Shown here: positions 1 to 13,387 of the stretch, piece by piece
Position numbering within the stretch: position 1 is the first letter of the stretch
Layout of the letters: every line of letters starts with the position of its first letter
NCBI GenBank assembly: GCA_009103225.1
Contig: RHPI01003762.1
Location: 1 to 64,000 of the forward strand
DNA from: Chlorokybus atmophyticus
Lineage: Eukaryota; Plantae; Mesostigma and Chlorokybus algae
Length of the DNA stretch: 64,000 bases
Direction of reading: 5' to 3'
Made by a program: the position numbers and the translations under genes
Notes under the pieces: generated by a model
Database searches by the model: none
What the model saw: only the letters and a program-made list of their open reading frames with translations
Told to the model about the DNA's origin: nothing

Positions 1-139
1 GCCGTCTGCGTCAGTCCACTTAAGCCAACGGCAAACCCAACAGTCCAAAAGTAATATTTCAGGCAGCAACAGGCAGGCTCAGGCATCAGTCAGTCCCTCA
101 GTCCTTAGTCAGTCACCGTGTAAAATTTGCGATGATGTG

Positions 140-345
140 TAACTAACAGTTGCCTGTAAATTACACAAAGTCATTTGTTAAGGCCTGGTGTGTGACTAAC
201 AGGTGCCTGTTAATTATATAGTCACCTTTTAAGGCCTGATAGGTAACTATCAGGCGCCTGTTAGTTAGTTATAGTCAACTGTAAAAGACCAATTTGTAAC
301 AAAAAGGGCCTTACAGTAACGAAAGTTACTATTAGGTCCCTGTAT
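140..345. mobile_element. Cluster of short inverted repeats resembling DNA-transposon subterminal repeats
   Basis: TAACAGG-TG-CCTGTTA, CCTGATAG-GTAA-CTATCAGG, AGTAAC-GAAA-GTTACT and related AACAG..CCTGT motifs. Confidence 0.35.
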
Positions 346-2249
346 CAAGATTACAGGTGGCCTGAGCCACGACAGTCTAAGTTAGTGTCCTCAGATGCAC
401 GGCCGTTGCCAATATTTAGTCGGCCGGCAGGGACAACATATTGCGACGTTGTGCTATTTAATGTATGATCCAACTGCCTAGTCTCTACCCACCTTAAAGT
501 GTGACAGCACTACCTCACGTGATCGTTTACAATGAAGTGGTATGTCGCAGATGTAACATCAGCGACTTAACCACTACGCTATATCATAGCATGATAACAT
601 GCTATGATAGCCTACTAGTCGTGGCTCCTCCTATGGCAACCACTTTTGCTGCCATCGCTGGCAGCAACAGTCGCCATAGGAGGAGCCACATGCATTTATG
701 GCATATGCCATTCAACATGTCCAATACCATATGGCATAGGAGGATCCACATGCATGTTATGACAGCTGACCACCTTTTGCTTGTCAAAAGTGAGAACCAA
801 GTTTGAGCCGAGCCATTATCACTCAGCCGTAGCATTATTAGCTTTTGCCATACAACGGCTTTGTTGCTAGACAGTTACGTTGAGATCACATATAACTACC
901 GATGGCATTGTCAAGAATCTCTCTATAATGGCTTGCAGCCGTTTAAAAAGTTGGCATATCCAATGAAGCTCTCTTCCTTTCGGAGCCACTGTCACCCAGC
1001 CGTTGAAATTTCATCTGAGTACCAGTGGCATTGTCAGATATTTTTCCGTAATGGCTTGCAGCCGTTTAAAGTTGGCGTATCCAATGGAGTTCGCTTCCTC
1101 TCGGGTCATTCGTAGTAGGTGACATGTACACCGACCCCCTCAGCCAGTTGGTTTTTACCGCTCTCTTTCAACCCCAAGATTTTGGCTAACACCATTTCAC
1201 GTTGAGATGCTTTCGAATTTTACCGCATGTACGCCGTCTTGCAGAAAGAGACTAATCCCTCTATGCCCCTCGAAAGCCGAGACAAAAATACCCTTGGATC
1301 TTTTGAGACGCGGGCACCAGCACCCAGCGTCTCCTAAACCATGAGGACAACCGGTCGCAAGAGATTTTTTCAAGAGCTTCGGATATCCCAGTTAATAATG
1401 GCGCTTGCAGCTGCATTTTGGAGCGGNGGGGGCGGGGGTGCAACTACCCCACCATCTCGACGCGGTACGCAGGGCCGGATTCCTGAAATTACTCTTCCTT
1501 TTAAGGCGTTTTAGGTGTCGGTAGACTGACAGCCCGGGAAGCTCTCGAACTGTTACAAGGAAACGGGTTGCTTTAATCTAATTTAAAAATTCACTCCCCG
1601 CTTGATACTTAGCAGCGAAGTGCCAATACTATTATGGGGTATTGTTAACTTGCGCTTGGATGATACGCGTTGCCATCAGGCGGTAATCTTTTTTAACTAG
1701 ACAAATCGTAGCCTCCGGGCTTCCACCCCTCGAACTAGTTGTAATTTGTTGATATGGCGTTTTTAGCCGGAGTGCGAGTTCTGTGCCGCAACCCCATCTG
1801 GGGATAGGGGGCCCCTGCCAATTTGCCCCAACCAGAGCGCCTAAGGGTGACAGGGCCCTTAAGTCTTACGGGGTTGAATAGTTTTTAGGCGGCTTCCCTT
1901 AAGGCAATGTTCGGCATAAACACGCCACCTTTCCCCAACAAAAGATCACACCGCAGACGGTTGCAGTTGAAGGGGGCCGCCGTGCTAATCTTCCCTTTGA
2001 CTTCGGGCCACGGGGGTGGTCGCCGACGTCTCCGGGTTCAAGTCCGGATCAGACCTTTAATACTAAAGGCTGTGCACGCGGGTGGGTTGGGCCTATGTAG
2101 TTCAGTGGGTTGCCCCGGTTTGCAGAATAGGGACATGTATCAATTAAGCGGTCATATAAGCTCACAAATTGCTTGGTGCTTTTTGCGGGAATAATCGTAG
2201 GGGCCAACGAAAGTAAAAGGTAGAGACCAACCCTCAGTGCCAAGAGAAA

Positions 2250-4140
2250 TCCTCTTGTGGTCGTGGGAGGCTGCGGCGAAAGCGCGTAACGTGCACCGCA
2301 GTTCCTTAAGTTCGGGAGGTAAAGACGTTAACCAGAAAGTTGGGGCCATAGATTAGTTTTAATCCTAGTAGGGAAGAAATTGGGGCGAATAAGTATACTC
2401 ATACGCCTTAGTCCGCTCTATCGAACACCATTTAGCTAGAGTGATGCTTATCATCAAGCCCGTGGTGTGGGCGTTCCGAACGACCACACCACGGGTCGTG
2501 CAGTAGGTGGCACCCAATGCACGAGTTTGCAGTATACCATGTCTTGGGTTAATGCTAGGTCACGCGGAATTTCGGCCGGCCTGCAGCACCGATCCAACAC
2601 GCGACATTCCATCCCTGCATCTCGTGCACTCCGTGACTTTAAGACTTGGGGACTACCATGCGGGAGACTGTATGGATCCGAATAAATTATTAGTGGCCAA
2701 GAACAAATCTCCATGCGGTCATGGGAGGTTGTGAAGGTTGTCAAGTATGCGTTACGTGCACTGCACTCTTTTGTAACCCAAGGCGGGGCCACGGTAATCA
2801 AGTAGTTAGTTATGAGGCAGTAGATTATGAGGGTTAGGATTTATGACGAATAAGTATACACTCATGCGCCAAAGTCCACTCCATCCAACATTGTTCAGGT
2901 AAAGTGAGGTTTATCGTCAACCCCATAGTGTGGTCGCTCACCCATTGCTCAAGATCGCAGGGCGAGGAGAGTAGCATGTGTTGGAATCAATGCTAAGTCC
3001 ACCAGAATTTTGGCCGGTCTAGCATCGATCAAACGCGTGACACTCTCCCCCTGTGCATTTTGTGCATCCAATCATAGCCATTTTGGAGACTACATGAAGG
3101 AGACTTTGACTTCCGTACGGGAGACATTATAAATCAACCATTAGTTAAGGTAAGCCCCCCCCCCCCCCCCCCCCNNNNNNNNNNCCCCCCCCCCCCCCCC
3201 CCCCCCCTTGCGCGGTCGGGAGGCTGCGGACATGTGCGTTACGTGCGTGCACCATTCTCCCTTCAAATTTTAAAGGTAGCCAATTTAACCAAGTGATTGG
3301 GGCCATAGGTTATTAGGGACAGAAATTAGGGCGAATGGGTATACACTCATACGCTTAAGTCCACTCCATCCAATAACATTTTGGCAGAATGAGATTTATA
3401 GTTAAGCCCGTAGCGCAGTCACTCACCCACTCAATAAGATTGTAGGAGCAGGGATGTAACGCAATGTGAATGCTACGCTACGTCAACCGGAGTTCCGGCC
3501 AGCTTTGCGCAGGTCTGCACTGCGGCATCCCCTCCCCCCGTGTGCGTCTTGTTAACCCCATCAAACCAAATTTACTTGACCNNNNNNNNNNNNNNNNNNN
3601 NNNNNNNNNNNNNNNNNNNNNNNNNNNNNNNNNNNNNNNNNNNNNNNNNNNNNNNNNNNNNNNNNNNNNNNNNNNNNNNNNNNNNNNNNNNNNNNNNNNN
3701 NNNNNNNNNNNNNNNNNNNNNNNNNNNNNNNNNNNNNNNNNNNNNNNNNNNNNNNNNNNNNNNNNNNNNNNNNNNNNNNNNNNNNNNNNNNNNNNNNNNN
3801 NNNNNNNNNNNNNNNNNNNNNNNNNNNNNNNNNNNNNNNNNNNNNNNNNNNNNNNNNNNNNNNNNNNNNNNNNNNNNNNNNNNNNNNNNNNNNNNNNNNN
3901 NNNNNNNNNNNNNNNNNNNNNNNNNNNNNNNNNNNNNNNNNNNNNNNNNNNNNNNNNNNNNNNNNNNNNNNNNNNNNNNNNNNNNNNNNNNNNNNNNNNN
4001 NNNNNNNNNNNNNNNNNNNNNNNGGGCTACTGTTTGAGAGACTTTATTTCCAAATAGTGCGTAAGTGAATTATGAGTGCAAGGAACTCCCGAGAATGAGC
4101 GCATGCATACCCTTGGGGTCGTGGGAAGCCGCGATGGTTG
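2250..4140. repeat. Diverged ~460-485 bp tandem repeat (3 near-complete units plus a partial unit after the gap)
   Basis: Colinear motifs recur: GGTC(GT/AT)GGGAGG at 2259/2717/3214 (GGTCGTGGGAAG at 4117), GAAT(AA/GG)GTATA(CA)CTCAT at 2387/2848/3333, AATGCTA..GGCCGG at 2551/2989/3469. Confidence 0.85.
3147..3207. repeat. Poly-C tract spanning a small gap
   Basis: More than 50 C residues flanking 9 N. Confidence 0.9.
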
Positions 4141-4299
4141 CGTTGCATATAAATCTCGTACTCCTCAATCCACCCTCGCAAAGTTTGCGAGGTGAGGTAG
4201 TGTAGTATTAGCCGCGCGACTGTGAGCCACATTGCCCGCCCAGCACAACAAAGGGATACCACACCCAACCGGGCTCCCTGATTTAATTTATTCGTGTGT

Positions 4300-4370
4300 G
4301 CATTTATATATACATATATATACACATATATATGTGTATATGTATATATGTGTATGTGTGTGCATGTACG
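4300..4370. repeat. (TA)/(TG) microsatellite
   Basis: TATATATACATATATATACACATATATATGTGTATATGTATATATGTGTATGTGTGTG. Confidence 0.9.
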
Positions 4371-5194
4371 TAATTGAGTTCAAGTATTCACTACTTCGCT
4401 TACTGGCAACTTATGTAGGCAATACTTTGCTTTTCTTGTTTCCAAGTACATGTGTTCATTTATTCATGACTTTAATGCGCCGTTTTGTAGTGACCTTTAA
4501 TGAACCTTATAACTACACATGCTCTTTCGTACGTTTTTGGTAGTGACTGAGCCGCATATTCCGCATCACCCAATCAAATAATAATGATTAAGTCTATGTG
4601 CTCTTCTCTTCATATTCAAGATGCCCATACATTCAAGCATAAGGTAATTCCTAGTCAACCACTTTGATTGGAAGCATTTAAGCCTACATAAATTCACAAA
4701 CAACTAGCCAAGTCTCTAATTAACGTTGTCACGCATTCATGTCAAAGCATAAACACATGCAATCAAAGCATATATATATACAAACTGTGAAATAAGCCAA
4801 GAGTTTCTTAAACTCTTGACTTTCGCTAATCACACTTGTTTACACATTATACATGGCTAGCTAAGAAGATATGCCATAACCTTGCATGCATAACGTGAAA
4901 GAAGTGAATGCGAGCACCTTGTGGACAACACTAGAGCCACGAAGTTGTAACACTTGTTACTGTAAGCAATCCATGTGATGTTATTCAAGTTGCGACATTC
5001 AGCACTACCAAACTACATTAATAATGTTGACTTCCTGCAACCAAGCACTCTCAACCACCAGTAAGGTTGAACCACAAGCAAACCAACCCCAAATCCTCGC
5101 AACATCATTGCACAAATACATGCCTCGACATACTATGCTACACGCTTATGATTTGCTACGAGCCCATCTCATGAGGGCTGGGGGACGAGACGCT

Positions 5195-6405
5195 TCAGAA
5201 CAGCAGATCTCCGTCGTTTGAACCCATAGTTGATTCAAGGATGTTTGGCACGGATGCGGTGGTGTCCACGCCTCGCGCCTGCGCTATCGCCAGCTGGCGG
5301 TCGACCTCTTTCTTCTTGTTCGCCTGCACCTTCTTGAGCCTGAAAAACTCCTCACGCTCGAGCTCGTCCAATTCTCCCTTGATGTACTGGATGGTGTTCT
5401 CCAGCCTAGGCTTCACAACATTCTCCAGCGCGTTCACGCGCCTGTTCGTGACTTTGATGGCCTCGTCCAGCGTGAGGAAAGAAGTCTGAAGCGAGGCCAA
5501 CTCCACCAGCAGCTCAACAGCCTGTCATTGTTGTGTTGTGAGAGATGACACAACAGTCACAGGCATGGCCATTACATAGATGCAAGCAGCAAGAACTCCA
5601 TCCACACGACCTAGCGCATACCTTCTCGAATGATGCTCTGCATTGCTGAATCTGCTGCCCGCCCTTTGACAAACCAGTCAGGTCATTCTTGTGCGTGGCG
5701 CCTTCACGAACCGTCTCAAACTTGGGCAGCTTTACACCTGCCACGTTCTCCGTCTTTGCCTTGACCTGCATGATGTGTCACTCAGATGTGTCACTCAGAG
5801 CAATGCCAGCATATTCTCTCACGCGCATGTGCTAGCACGCGTGCGCGCACACACTCACTTGCACACGTACCTTGATGTTTGCATGATCAACGTTCTCAAG
5901 CACAGTATGCTTGATGCCATCACCCGCAACATAGTATGCTTCTGTCAAGGAGAACATGCTGTCCTTCATTGTGTCTCCCATCTTTTCCTTTTCTGAAACG
6001 ATCTTCTTCAGAATCTGCAAGGGACGAAGTTCAACACCCCTTTCATACCAACATACTCCATGGATATACATTACGCCATGGTGATACATTCCCAACACAT
6101 GACAATGCACAACTAGCAGCTTGAACCGAACACGCCCAAAAGCATGGCATGCACAGAATGACGTGCGCCTAAGGTAAGAACGATATAGTGAACACAGTGT
6201 GCCCAACTGATGCATGCAATTAACGTTGAGAAAAGTTACAGTTCAGTTTTTTCTTTTAGCAGCAAACCTGTCGGAATTGCATTGTGAGGGCGTCGGATTT
6301 CTTCTTGAGGAGGGTGTGGCCCTTGGTGGCGCCAGCGAGGCGGGCCTTGACGACAGCCAGCACCGTGACGGTGGGCACGACATTTAGCCTCGCCTTCCCC
6401 GACAT
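5195..6405 (-). CDS. VHA-D: V-type H+-ATPase subunit D; exons 6405-6268, 6014-5871, 5765-5622, 5521-5195
   Basis: Spliced translation [59 protein letters not shown]...[17 protein letters not shown]...[58 protein letters not shown]. All introns are GT-AG and in phase. Confidence 0.97.
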
Positions 6406-6470
6406 CCTGTCTAACCACGCGTATGCCCAGACCTACGCTGCCGCCCACCTCACCCAAGAGAGGCTGTGGA

Positions 6471-6485
6471 TTAGGGTTAGGGTTT
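6471..6485 (-). promoter_or_regulatory. Telo-box-like element (AAACCCTAACCCTAA) upstream of the VHA-D ATG
   Basis: TTAGGGTTAGGGTTT on the + strand, 66 bp upstream of the ATG. Telo-boxes are known cis-elements in plant housekeeping promoters and 5' UTRs. Confidence 0.5.
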
Positions 6486-7269
6486 CTTTAGCCTGCCTGC
6501 TGTTTTCTGCTGCCTGCCACACCTACCCGCCACGCGCCCCGTCAGGGACGCAGCTCGCCCTCCACATTCCCCTCTCCAAAGCAGCCCCGACGACGACAGC
6601 TCCGCCCACACCGCCAATGCCACCGCCAATGCCGCCCCACAGTTACACCGACACAACAAGAAGCACAAGCACAACAGCCTAGGCGCACAAACAGCATGTT
6701 GGGTGCGCATGATGATATCGTGTGTTATAGCGGCAGATATCGGTGTCGCGGAACCCGCTTGGTTATAAGGTAAAAGTAAGCGTTCTGTGAGCTAATTGCG
6801 GACTTTGCTCTCTACCCTAACCGCCGTTTGTAATCGCGAGCACGAACGAAACCTCCGTACAATTTACATTATAGCCAGTTATCATACGGACTCGCAATCC
6901 GCGTGAACACTTTCGTGAAATTGGACATTCATGTCACATCATGAATTATATGTCAACATCGGGCATTCTGGTCATGATGGTTTGGTGAAAGGCTTTTCAT
7001 CGGTTACTTTGTAACCGAGGTGTTGAAGGGTGTTTCGAAGGTCAAACGTCGTTTTGCATCGTTTTGATAAACCGGCGGTTTCATCCGCCGTCAGTTTCAG
7101 TCCATAGCGCCCCTTTTAACACTAACCAAAAACTGAATTAGACCACAGCACAGAAGCGGCGCATTGCCACCAGGCCACGATCAGGCCGGCCAGGCCACGA
7201 CGGCGGCAGGCGGCGCATCCTCAGGCCAGACTAGAGTTCCGAGGCCTGATCTGGGGCCTGATCCGGCCT

Positions 7270-7330
7270 TTGGTCTGGCCTGGCCTGGTACGGTCTGGTC
7301 TGGTCTGGTCTGGTCTGGCCTGGCTTGGCC
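7270..7330 (+). repeat. (GGYCT)n pentanucleotide repeat upstream of the CDC14 ATG
   Basis: TGGTCTGGCCTGGCCTGG...GGTCTGGTCTGGTCTGGTCTGGTCTGGCCTGG. Confidence 0.9.
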
Positions 7331-7386
7331 TAATGACGTGGAGGATGGAGGATGGTGGATGAGGCGGAGAAGAGAGGCGCCTCGTG

Positions 7387-10300
7387 ATGATGGCGGTGGC
7401 GGTGGCGGATCCGCTGGCTCATGCCGTGGAGGTGCTCAAGGACACGCTGTACTTTGCTCCGGGCCTGCGGAGGCCTCCAGAACAGCAGCGCTCCGCCGCC
7501 GCCGCCGCTGCCAAGCCACGCGTCTGCTTCTCCATTGATGACGAGCTGGTCAGTATGATGATGATGAGGATGCCGAAGTCATGACGTTGATAGTGCTGAT
7601 TGATGATGATGTTGATGGCGACGGTGGAGACATTGTCATTTGTGTCGATGTTGTCGTCATCATCATCATCATCAACATCGTCGTTATCATCATCGTCATC
7701 GTCATCGTCACCATTGCTGTCTCCCGGTTGTGATCGAGACGGGTGATGACGTTCTCGTTGCGATCACAACCGATCTCGCACGCTGGTGCGGGCGGGCGGG
7801 CGGGCGGGCACGTGCACCCGTATCCGTGCGCTTGCGCGTGTATACGTGTGTGTGCGTGTGTGTGCTGTACTAATCACACAAGCAGTCAGTCACGACACAA
7901 CACCTCTCTCATGTGTCTGCCCTCCGCTTGTCGAGTCAGGTGTATGAGCCGTTCTTCGCCGACTTCGGACCCCTCAATTTCGGCCACGTGTATCGCTACT
8001 GCCAGAAACTCTCTGCGCTGCTGCAGGCAAGAAGTTCTTAGTTCTATGGTGCAAACACATGCACATATGTTCCCAAGTGTTCTCGCGCACAATTCAACAT
8101 AAGTACCTGCGCGCACACTTGCACACACAACATTGCGTATGCATACACGAGCACACTTGTCACACATATGCGCACATGTGCTCGTGCATACACCCGCACC
8201 CGCACCCATACTTGCACCCGCATGCCCGCGCACACGTACATACAAACACACGCACCCGCCCACACCCATACCCACCCCCACACACACACGCACGCACGCA
8301 CCCGCGCACACCCACGCACAAATCCTTGTACGCACATGCGCTTGCGCACAAGCACACGCACACACGCGCACGCGTACACACACGCTGTTTCCTTGCATAT
8401 CATCCAAGGGTCCACTCCCCCCCCAGGGCCCTTAAGTCTTACGNNNNNNNNNNNNNNNNNNNNNNNNNNNNNNNNNNNNNNNNNNNNNNNNNNNNNNNNN
8501 NNNNNNNNNNNNNNNNNNNNNNNNNNNNNNNNNNNNNNNNNNNNNNNNNNNNNNNNNNNNNNNNNNNNNNNNNNNNNNNNNNNNNNNNNNNNNNNNNNNN
8601 NNNNNNNNNNNNNNNNNNNNNNNNNNNNNNNNNNNNNNNNNNNNNNNNNNNNNNNNNNNNNNNNCCACCCACCCACACACACACATCATTTTCCCTTGTG
8701 ACAGGACGCCAGCACCACCCACAAGCGCGTGGTCCACTACACCTCCTCCGACCCCCACAAGATCGCCAACGCCGCCGTCCTGGTAACGCAACACACACTG
8801 GTACTATGATATCAGTACTCCCACTCCACTCCACACCAACACTCGCTCCCCTCCCCAGGTGGGTTGTTTCCTGGTCCTCGAGCGCGACCTCCCCCCCCGG
8901 GTGGCGTACGAGCCGCTGAGCCGATTCGCGCCCTACGCGCCGTTCAGGGACCCGGGAGTGGGGCAGAGCGGGTTCGATCTCACAGTGCTCCATTGCCTTG
9001 AGGTGGGGGGCATAACGTTTGCAAGGCACGGCAACGAATGAATGAATGCTGATGTCCAACTGGATGGCTGAGAGGTCCCTCTGTGCAGGCTGTGCAGAGG
9101 GCCAAGAGCGCGGGATGGCTCAACCTCAAGACGTTCAACGCGCAGGAGTACGAGTTCTATGAGCAGGTGAGCACAGCTGATAAGGTCGCGAATTCTCGCA
9201 ACGAATGGAAAAAGAGGTTCATGAACGCGATATGAGACTGATGCATTCAATGACTAGTGACAGAGATGCATGACCGAGTGATCGGGTTAGCGGTACAGCA
9301 TTGCATGCGTTGATGGGAGATGATTGACCGTATGTCACTCAGTGAGTGACTGAAGCTGTTTGGTTGATTGACTGGACTGAGATTGTTGATGGGCAGGTTG
9401 AGAATGGGGACCTCAACTGGATTGTGCCAAAGAAACTGCTGGCATTCAGCGGGCCTTCAGCAAGGCGAGCAGAGGTGAGACACACGCACACACACGCGCA
9501 CGCGCGCGGAATCAGTCAACAAGTCCACCATCCCCAAGACAGTCTGCTAACTACTCACTACTGGATGCATTCTCTCACTTGACTGACTTCTGTGTCTGAT
9601 CAGTTCTACGGCTACCGATCGCTGGTGCCGGAAGACTACATTCAGTACTTCAAGCAGGTACACACCACTGCTGCCTCAGCCCACACGCGTGTGACAGACA
9701 CACATACACACGTATGTGTCTGCCCATTGCTTTCGGTTAATCAAAACGGTTACTCAGTCTGGAGTCTGTGCGGTGGTCCGGTTGAACAAGCGTGTTTACG
9801 ACCGTCGGCGCTTCGCTGACCACGGTTTGCGCCACTACGACCTTTACTTCCCTGACGGCAGGCAAGACACTACTTGCATGCATCCGAACACATGCGGCGC
9901 ATTTACATTCTGTGTCCAACATACGTGCGATTGTCCCAACAGTTGTCCGTCGGAGAGTCTGTTGAGGAGGTTTCTGGAGTTGGCCGAGTCGGAAACGGGC
10001 GCACTCGCAGTTCACTGCAAGGTGCGTTGATGAGTTGGGATGCGTGTATGATGACTATGTGTGTATGATTATGTGTGTATGTGGACACATAAGCGCACAG
10101 GCACACGCATGCATCCGCGTGCACGCACATGCATGCACGCACACATACGTGGCACCTGTTGACACGCATGCCACTCATGCAAGCGTATTGTCTCTGTCAT
10201 TCTTACAACCAACAACAGGCTGGGTTGGGGAGGACGGGTGTGCTTATTGGTTGTTACATCATGAAGCATTACGGCTTCACGGCCACTGAGGTGAGAAACT

Positions 10301-12395
10301 TGATCCATAACTATAAAAATCCCTTGCTATGCATCACATGTTGGGTTGAGTGTGTGTGAAGAAATGTACAAGTGTTTATACTGTGTGGTCTGTGTGTGCA
10401 ATTGCAGGCGATTGGGTACCTGCGCATAATGAGGCCCGGGATGGTTATCGGCCCGCAGCAGCAGTTCTTGCAATCCATGCAGGAGATCATGCGAGCAGAG
10501 GTACAACAACATGTGATTGCATTGCATCTGTGCCACAGTACACTTTACACAAGAACAGGTCCTACACACGCACACGCGCACGCACGCGCGAGACAAGTAT
10601 GTCCTTGCAGGGTGAGCGATTTCGGGCTGACGGGGGATCCGCGCGGATATCTGCGTCTCCAACAAGCACAGCGCAGATGTCAACCGCTACGGCATCGCTA
10701 TCGGAACAACCCACAGTCACCACCACCACCACCATTAACAATAGCAACAGCAACACTTTATCTACCGCCTCATCACCGATGAAACCCCTGCGCTCCGGCA
10801 CCCACCCAACGATCATGGCAAGTAGTGCAAGCACTCTAACCCCCAACAACACCACTGACCTGCTAAAAAACCAATCCATATGTGACAACATACCCACATA
10901 CCCACATTCCCACATACCCACATATACACATATGCAGCCTTTGCGTGTTGGTCGGTCTCTGCCGATGCCTCTCTCGACCGCTCTCAGCAACCCGCTGCGC
11001 TCGTCCATGCCGTCGACATTGGCAACGTCGGCGGCGGCGATGTCGGTGTCGGCGTCTGGGCTGATGAGGAGCGGCGCCGCAGCATCGCAGGAGGTATGTG
11101 TGTGTTGGTGTGAGGTTTGTTGTGTGCATGTGCATGTGCGTTCGCGTGTACGCGCGTGTGTGCATGTGGGTGGGTGCGTGGGTGGGTGGGCACGCATGCA
11201 CATGCGTACACGCCTATGCATGCCTGCATGCGTGTGCGCGTGCGTGCATACATGTGTGTATAGGAGCGAGCCAACGCGCGTGCACACGTGCGTGCATACC
11301 TTTGTATTTGTTTGCCCACGCGCGCTCATAATCTCATCATGTTGATGTTGGGCTGCTTGTTCAGGATGAGAGAGGAGTGGGCAGCGCAAAGGGCGCTGTG
11401 TTGCATGCATCGGAGTCGATGCGCACACCGCGCACGCGGATGCTTGACGTTGGCAGGTATGACTCGTGTGTTGGGGTGGTCCTTATCCGTGCATGTACGC
11501 GCGTGTGCATGTGTGCGTGCATGCGTCCGTGTACCAGAAATGGATGTGTCCATGTGTGGGCGTGTGTCTGTATGGGTGCTCATAGCCCACATGAACGGCT
11601 TGATGATGAGCGACAAAATGTGACACACACACACACACACACGCGCGTCATGTAATTGTTCGCGCATTGCCATCAGGAGGCCCAAAACGACCTCTTCTCC
11701 CTTGCACGGGAGGGAGCGTGACATGTTGGTTGTGCGGGCGGCGCCGACGACAGCCACGCGTGCCAACAGCATGAACAGTGCCAGCAATAGCGGTAGCACC
11801 ACTGGAGCGCTGCAAAGGGACATCACCAACACCGCCAACAACAACAACAGCAACAACAACATTGCGAGCAAGTATGTGCTCGACCCCAAAGTTGTCAACC
11901 CGCAGCGATTTGTCAACGCCGCAGGCCAACCGCGAAAGGTTTGTGCGAGTGCGCTTGAGCGTGCTTGAACGTGTGTGTGTGTGTGTGTGAGCGCGCACCT
12001 GTGTGCATGGGCGTGTATGTATATGGGCGCGCGCAAGATTACTTTTGCGGACTCCACGATGTGTGCTGTCTGTAACAAGCTTGGCACTGAGATCTGTTAT
12101 TGAGCCCGAGTCTGGACATGTGCATTCAGTTGCTGTACATTCATCTACATGCATACGCACGCGCATGCGCACACGCGCAAACTCAAGCAAACATATTTAT
12201 GTTCAGGTCCCGGCATCCCCGGGGGGAACGGGTGGCCTCCCCAATTCCTTCAATCGGCGTGGTTCTGCGCCGACATCATCAACAACAACATCTTCAACAT
12301 GCGGTCCGAGAGGCGGCGGTTTCGTGCGGAACATGCGTGGTCACCGAGCCATTGCGGCAGCCAACCCGTGTTTTGTTGGACTCGGGGAGAGATGA
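7387..12395 (+). CDS. CDC14: CDC14 dual-specificity phosphatase, about 15 exons
   Basis: Exons give VYEPFFADFGPLNFGHVYRYC, VENGDLNWIVPKKLLAFSGP, HYDLYFPDGSCPSE, the catalytic VHCK|AGLGRTG and LRIMRPGMVIGPQQQFL. GC-AG introns start at 8027 and 9862. The low-complexity C-terminal exons are less certain. Confidence 0.96.
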
Positions 12396-13387
12396 GAAGA
12401 GAGGAGATAGTGGTTTTGTGGGGTTGGGTTGGGTTGGTGAGGAGAATAAAGTGGACAGTTAGCGTGTGACGTGGTGTTGTTGTTGCAAATGTAGCAAAGT
12501 TGATGTGTTGATGTGTTTCGGAAGCTACTACACTAGCGGTATTGTTGTGTTGTAAGAGGAGTCATAAAGTTGTGTATGGCATACACTCGAAGGTGCAAGC
12601 CATAATAATGTGTTCTAGTGCAAAAGTATGCGGTTTGCGTCAACTGGCAAGTGACTTGGCGAGAAGTGTAAGGCAAATTTAACTCCTTGCGCAACTTATG
12701 ATTAGAAGATAAATACATATTATGCCGATGATCTGATTACAATTTGTATGCATTGCTATAGTGTTGTAGTAATGCTGATGATGCATGCTAGCAAGCATAG
12801 TTAAGTTGTGATGTGCATTGCTGTTGTACTGGGCTTGTGGTGCTTGGTTACTGTTATGGCTTTGACGTTGAGACCTTCTGAACGTTTGATATAATATATG
12901 TATACAGGGAGTGTATATAAAGGGTATGGTACTATGTGTGTTAACCATATCAATGTGAATTCGTAATGTGATCTTACCGCGCTGATTGCCATTGAATTGC
13001 ACATTAACTCACCCGCTTATCACCCCCAATAGCTCTTGCATTGACAGTTTGTGACACACGCACACACTGACATGCTGGCAGCATCACATAGCTAAATCAG
13101 TACGATCTCTCAACATCAAACATGGCCACAATTTCACACACCGATTGTATAACGACCACTCACTCTGCTTTCTGTAATGATGAGGAAACCTTGACAATTA
13201 CATAAATGCATCAGACGGAAGCAAACACCTCCTGTAAATTCCACACGCCATTTCCAACCCACTATACATCCTTGGAAACAATCAGATCCAACTCTATACA
13301 CAAACACAAAACCTCATGTTCAGTAGACACAGTGTTGTGTCTCACCACAACACTGTGCCTACTAAGTCCCAAAATGCTCACCTACAA

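Noticed and set aside
1100-2350. Idea that this block is a complement-only or reversed assembly artefact (the complement reads CCCGGGAATTC)
   Set aside because: Motifs such as ACGTTGAGAT recur in the same orientation at about 877 and 1199, and the complement gives no recognisable gene. A native repeat is the simpler explanation.
2340-2360. CTATGGCCCCAA on the minus strand resembling U6 snRNA
   Set aside because: The flanking U6 motifs (ACAGAGA box etc.) are absent.
8044-8435. Long His/Thr/Ala/Arg- or Val/Cys-rich ORFs here and at 10562-11428, 55165-55797, 56650-57777
   Set aside because: These are translations of intronic CA/TG microsatellite-like DNA, or antisense shadows, within well-supported spliced genes.
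13170-13300. Possible box C/D snoRNA (ATGATGA)
   Set aside because: No D box (CTGA) at a suitable distance and no terminal stem.
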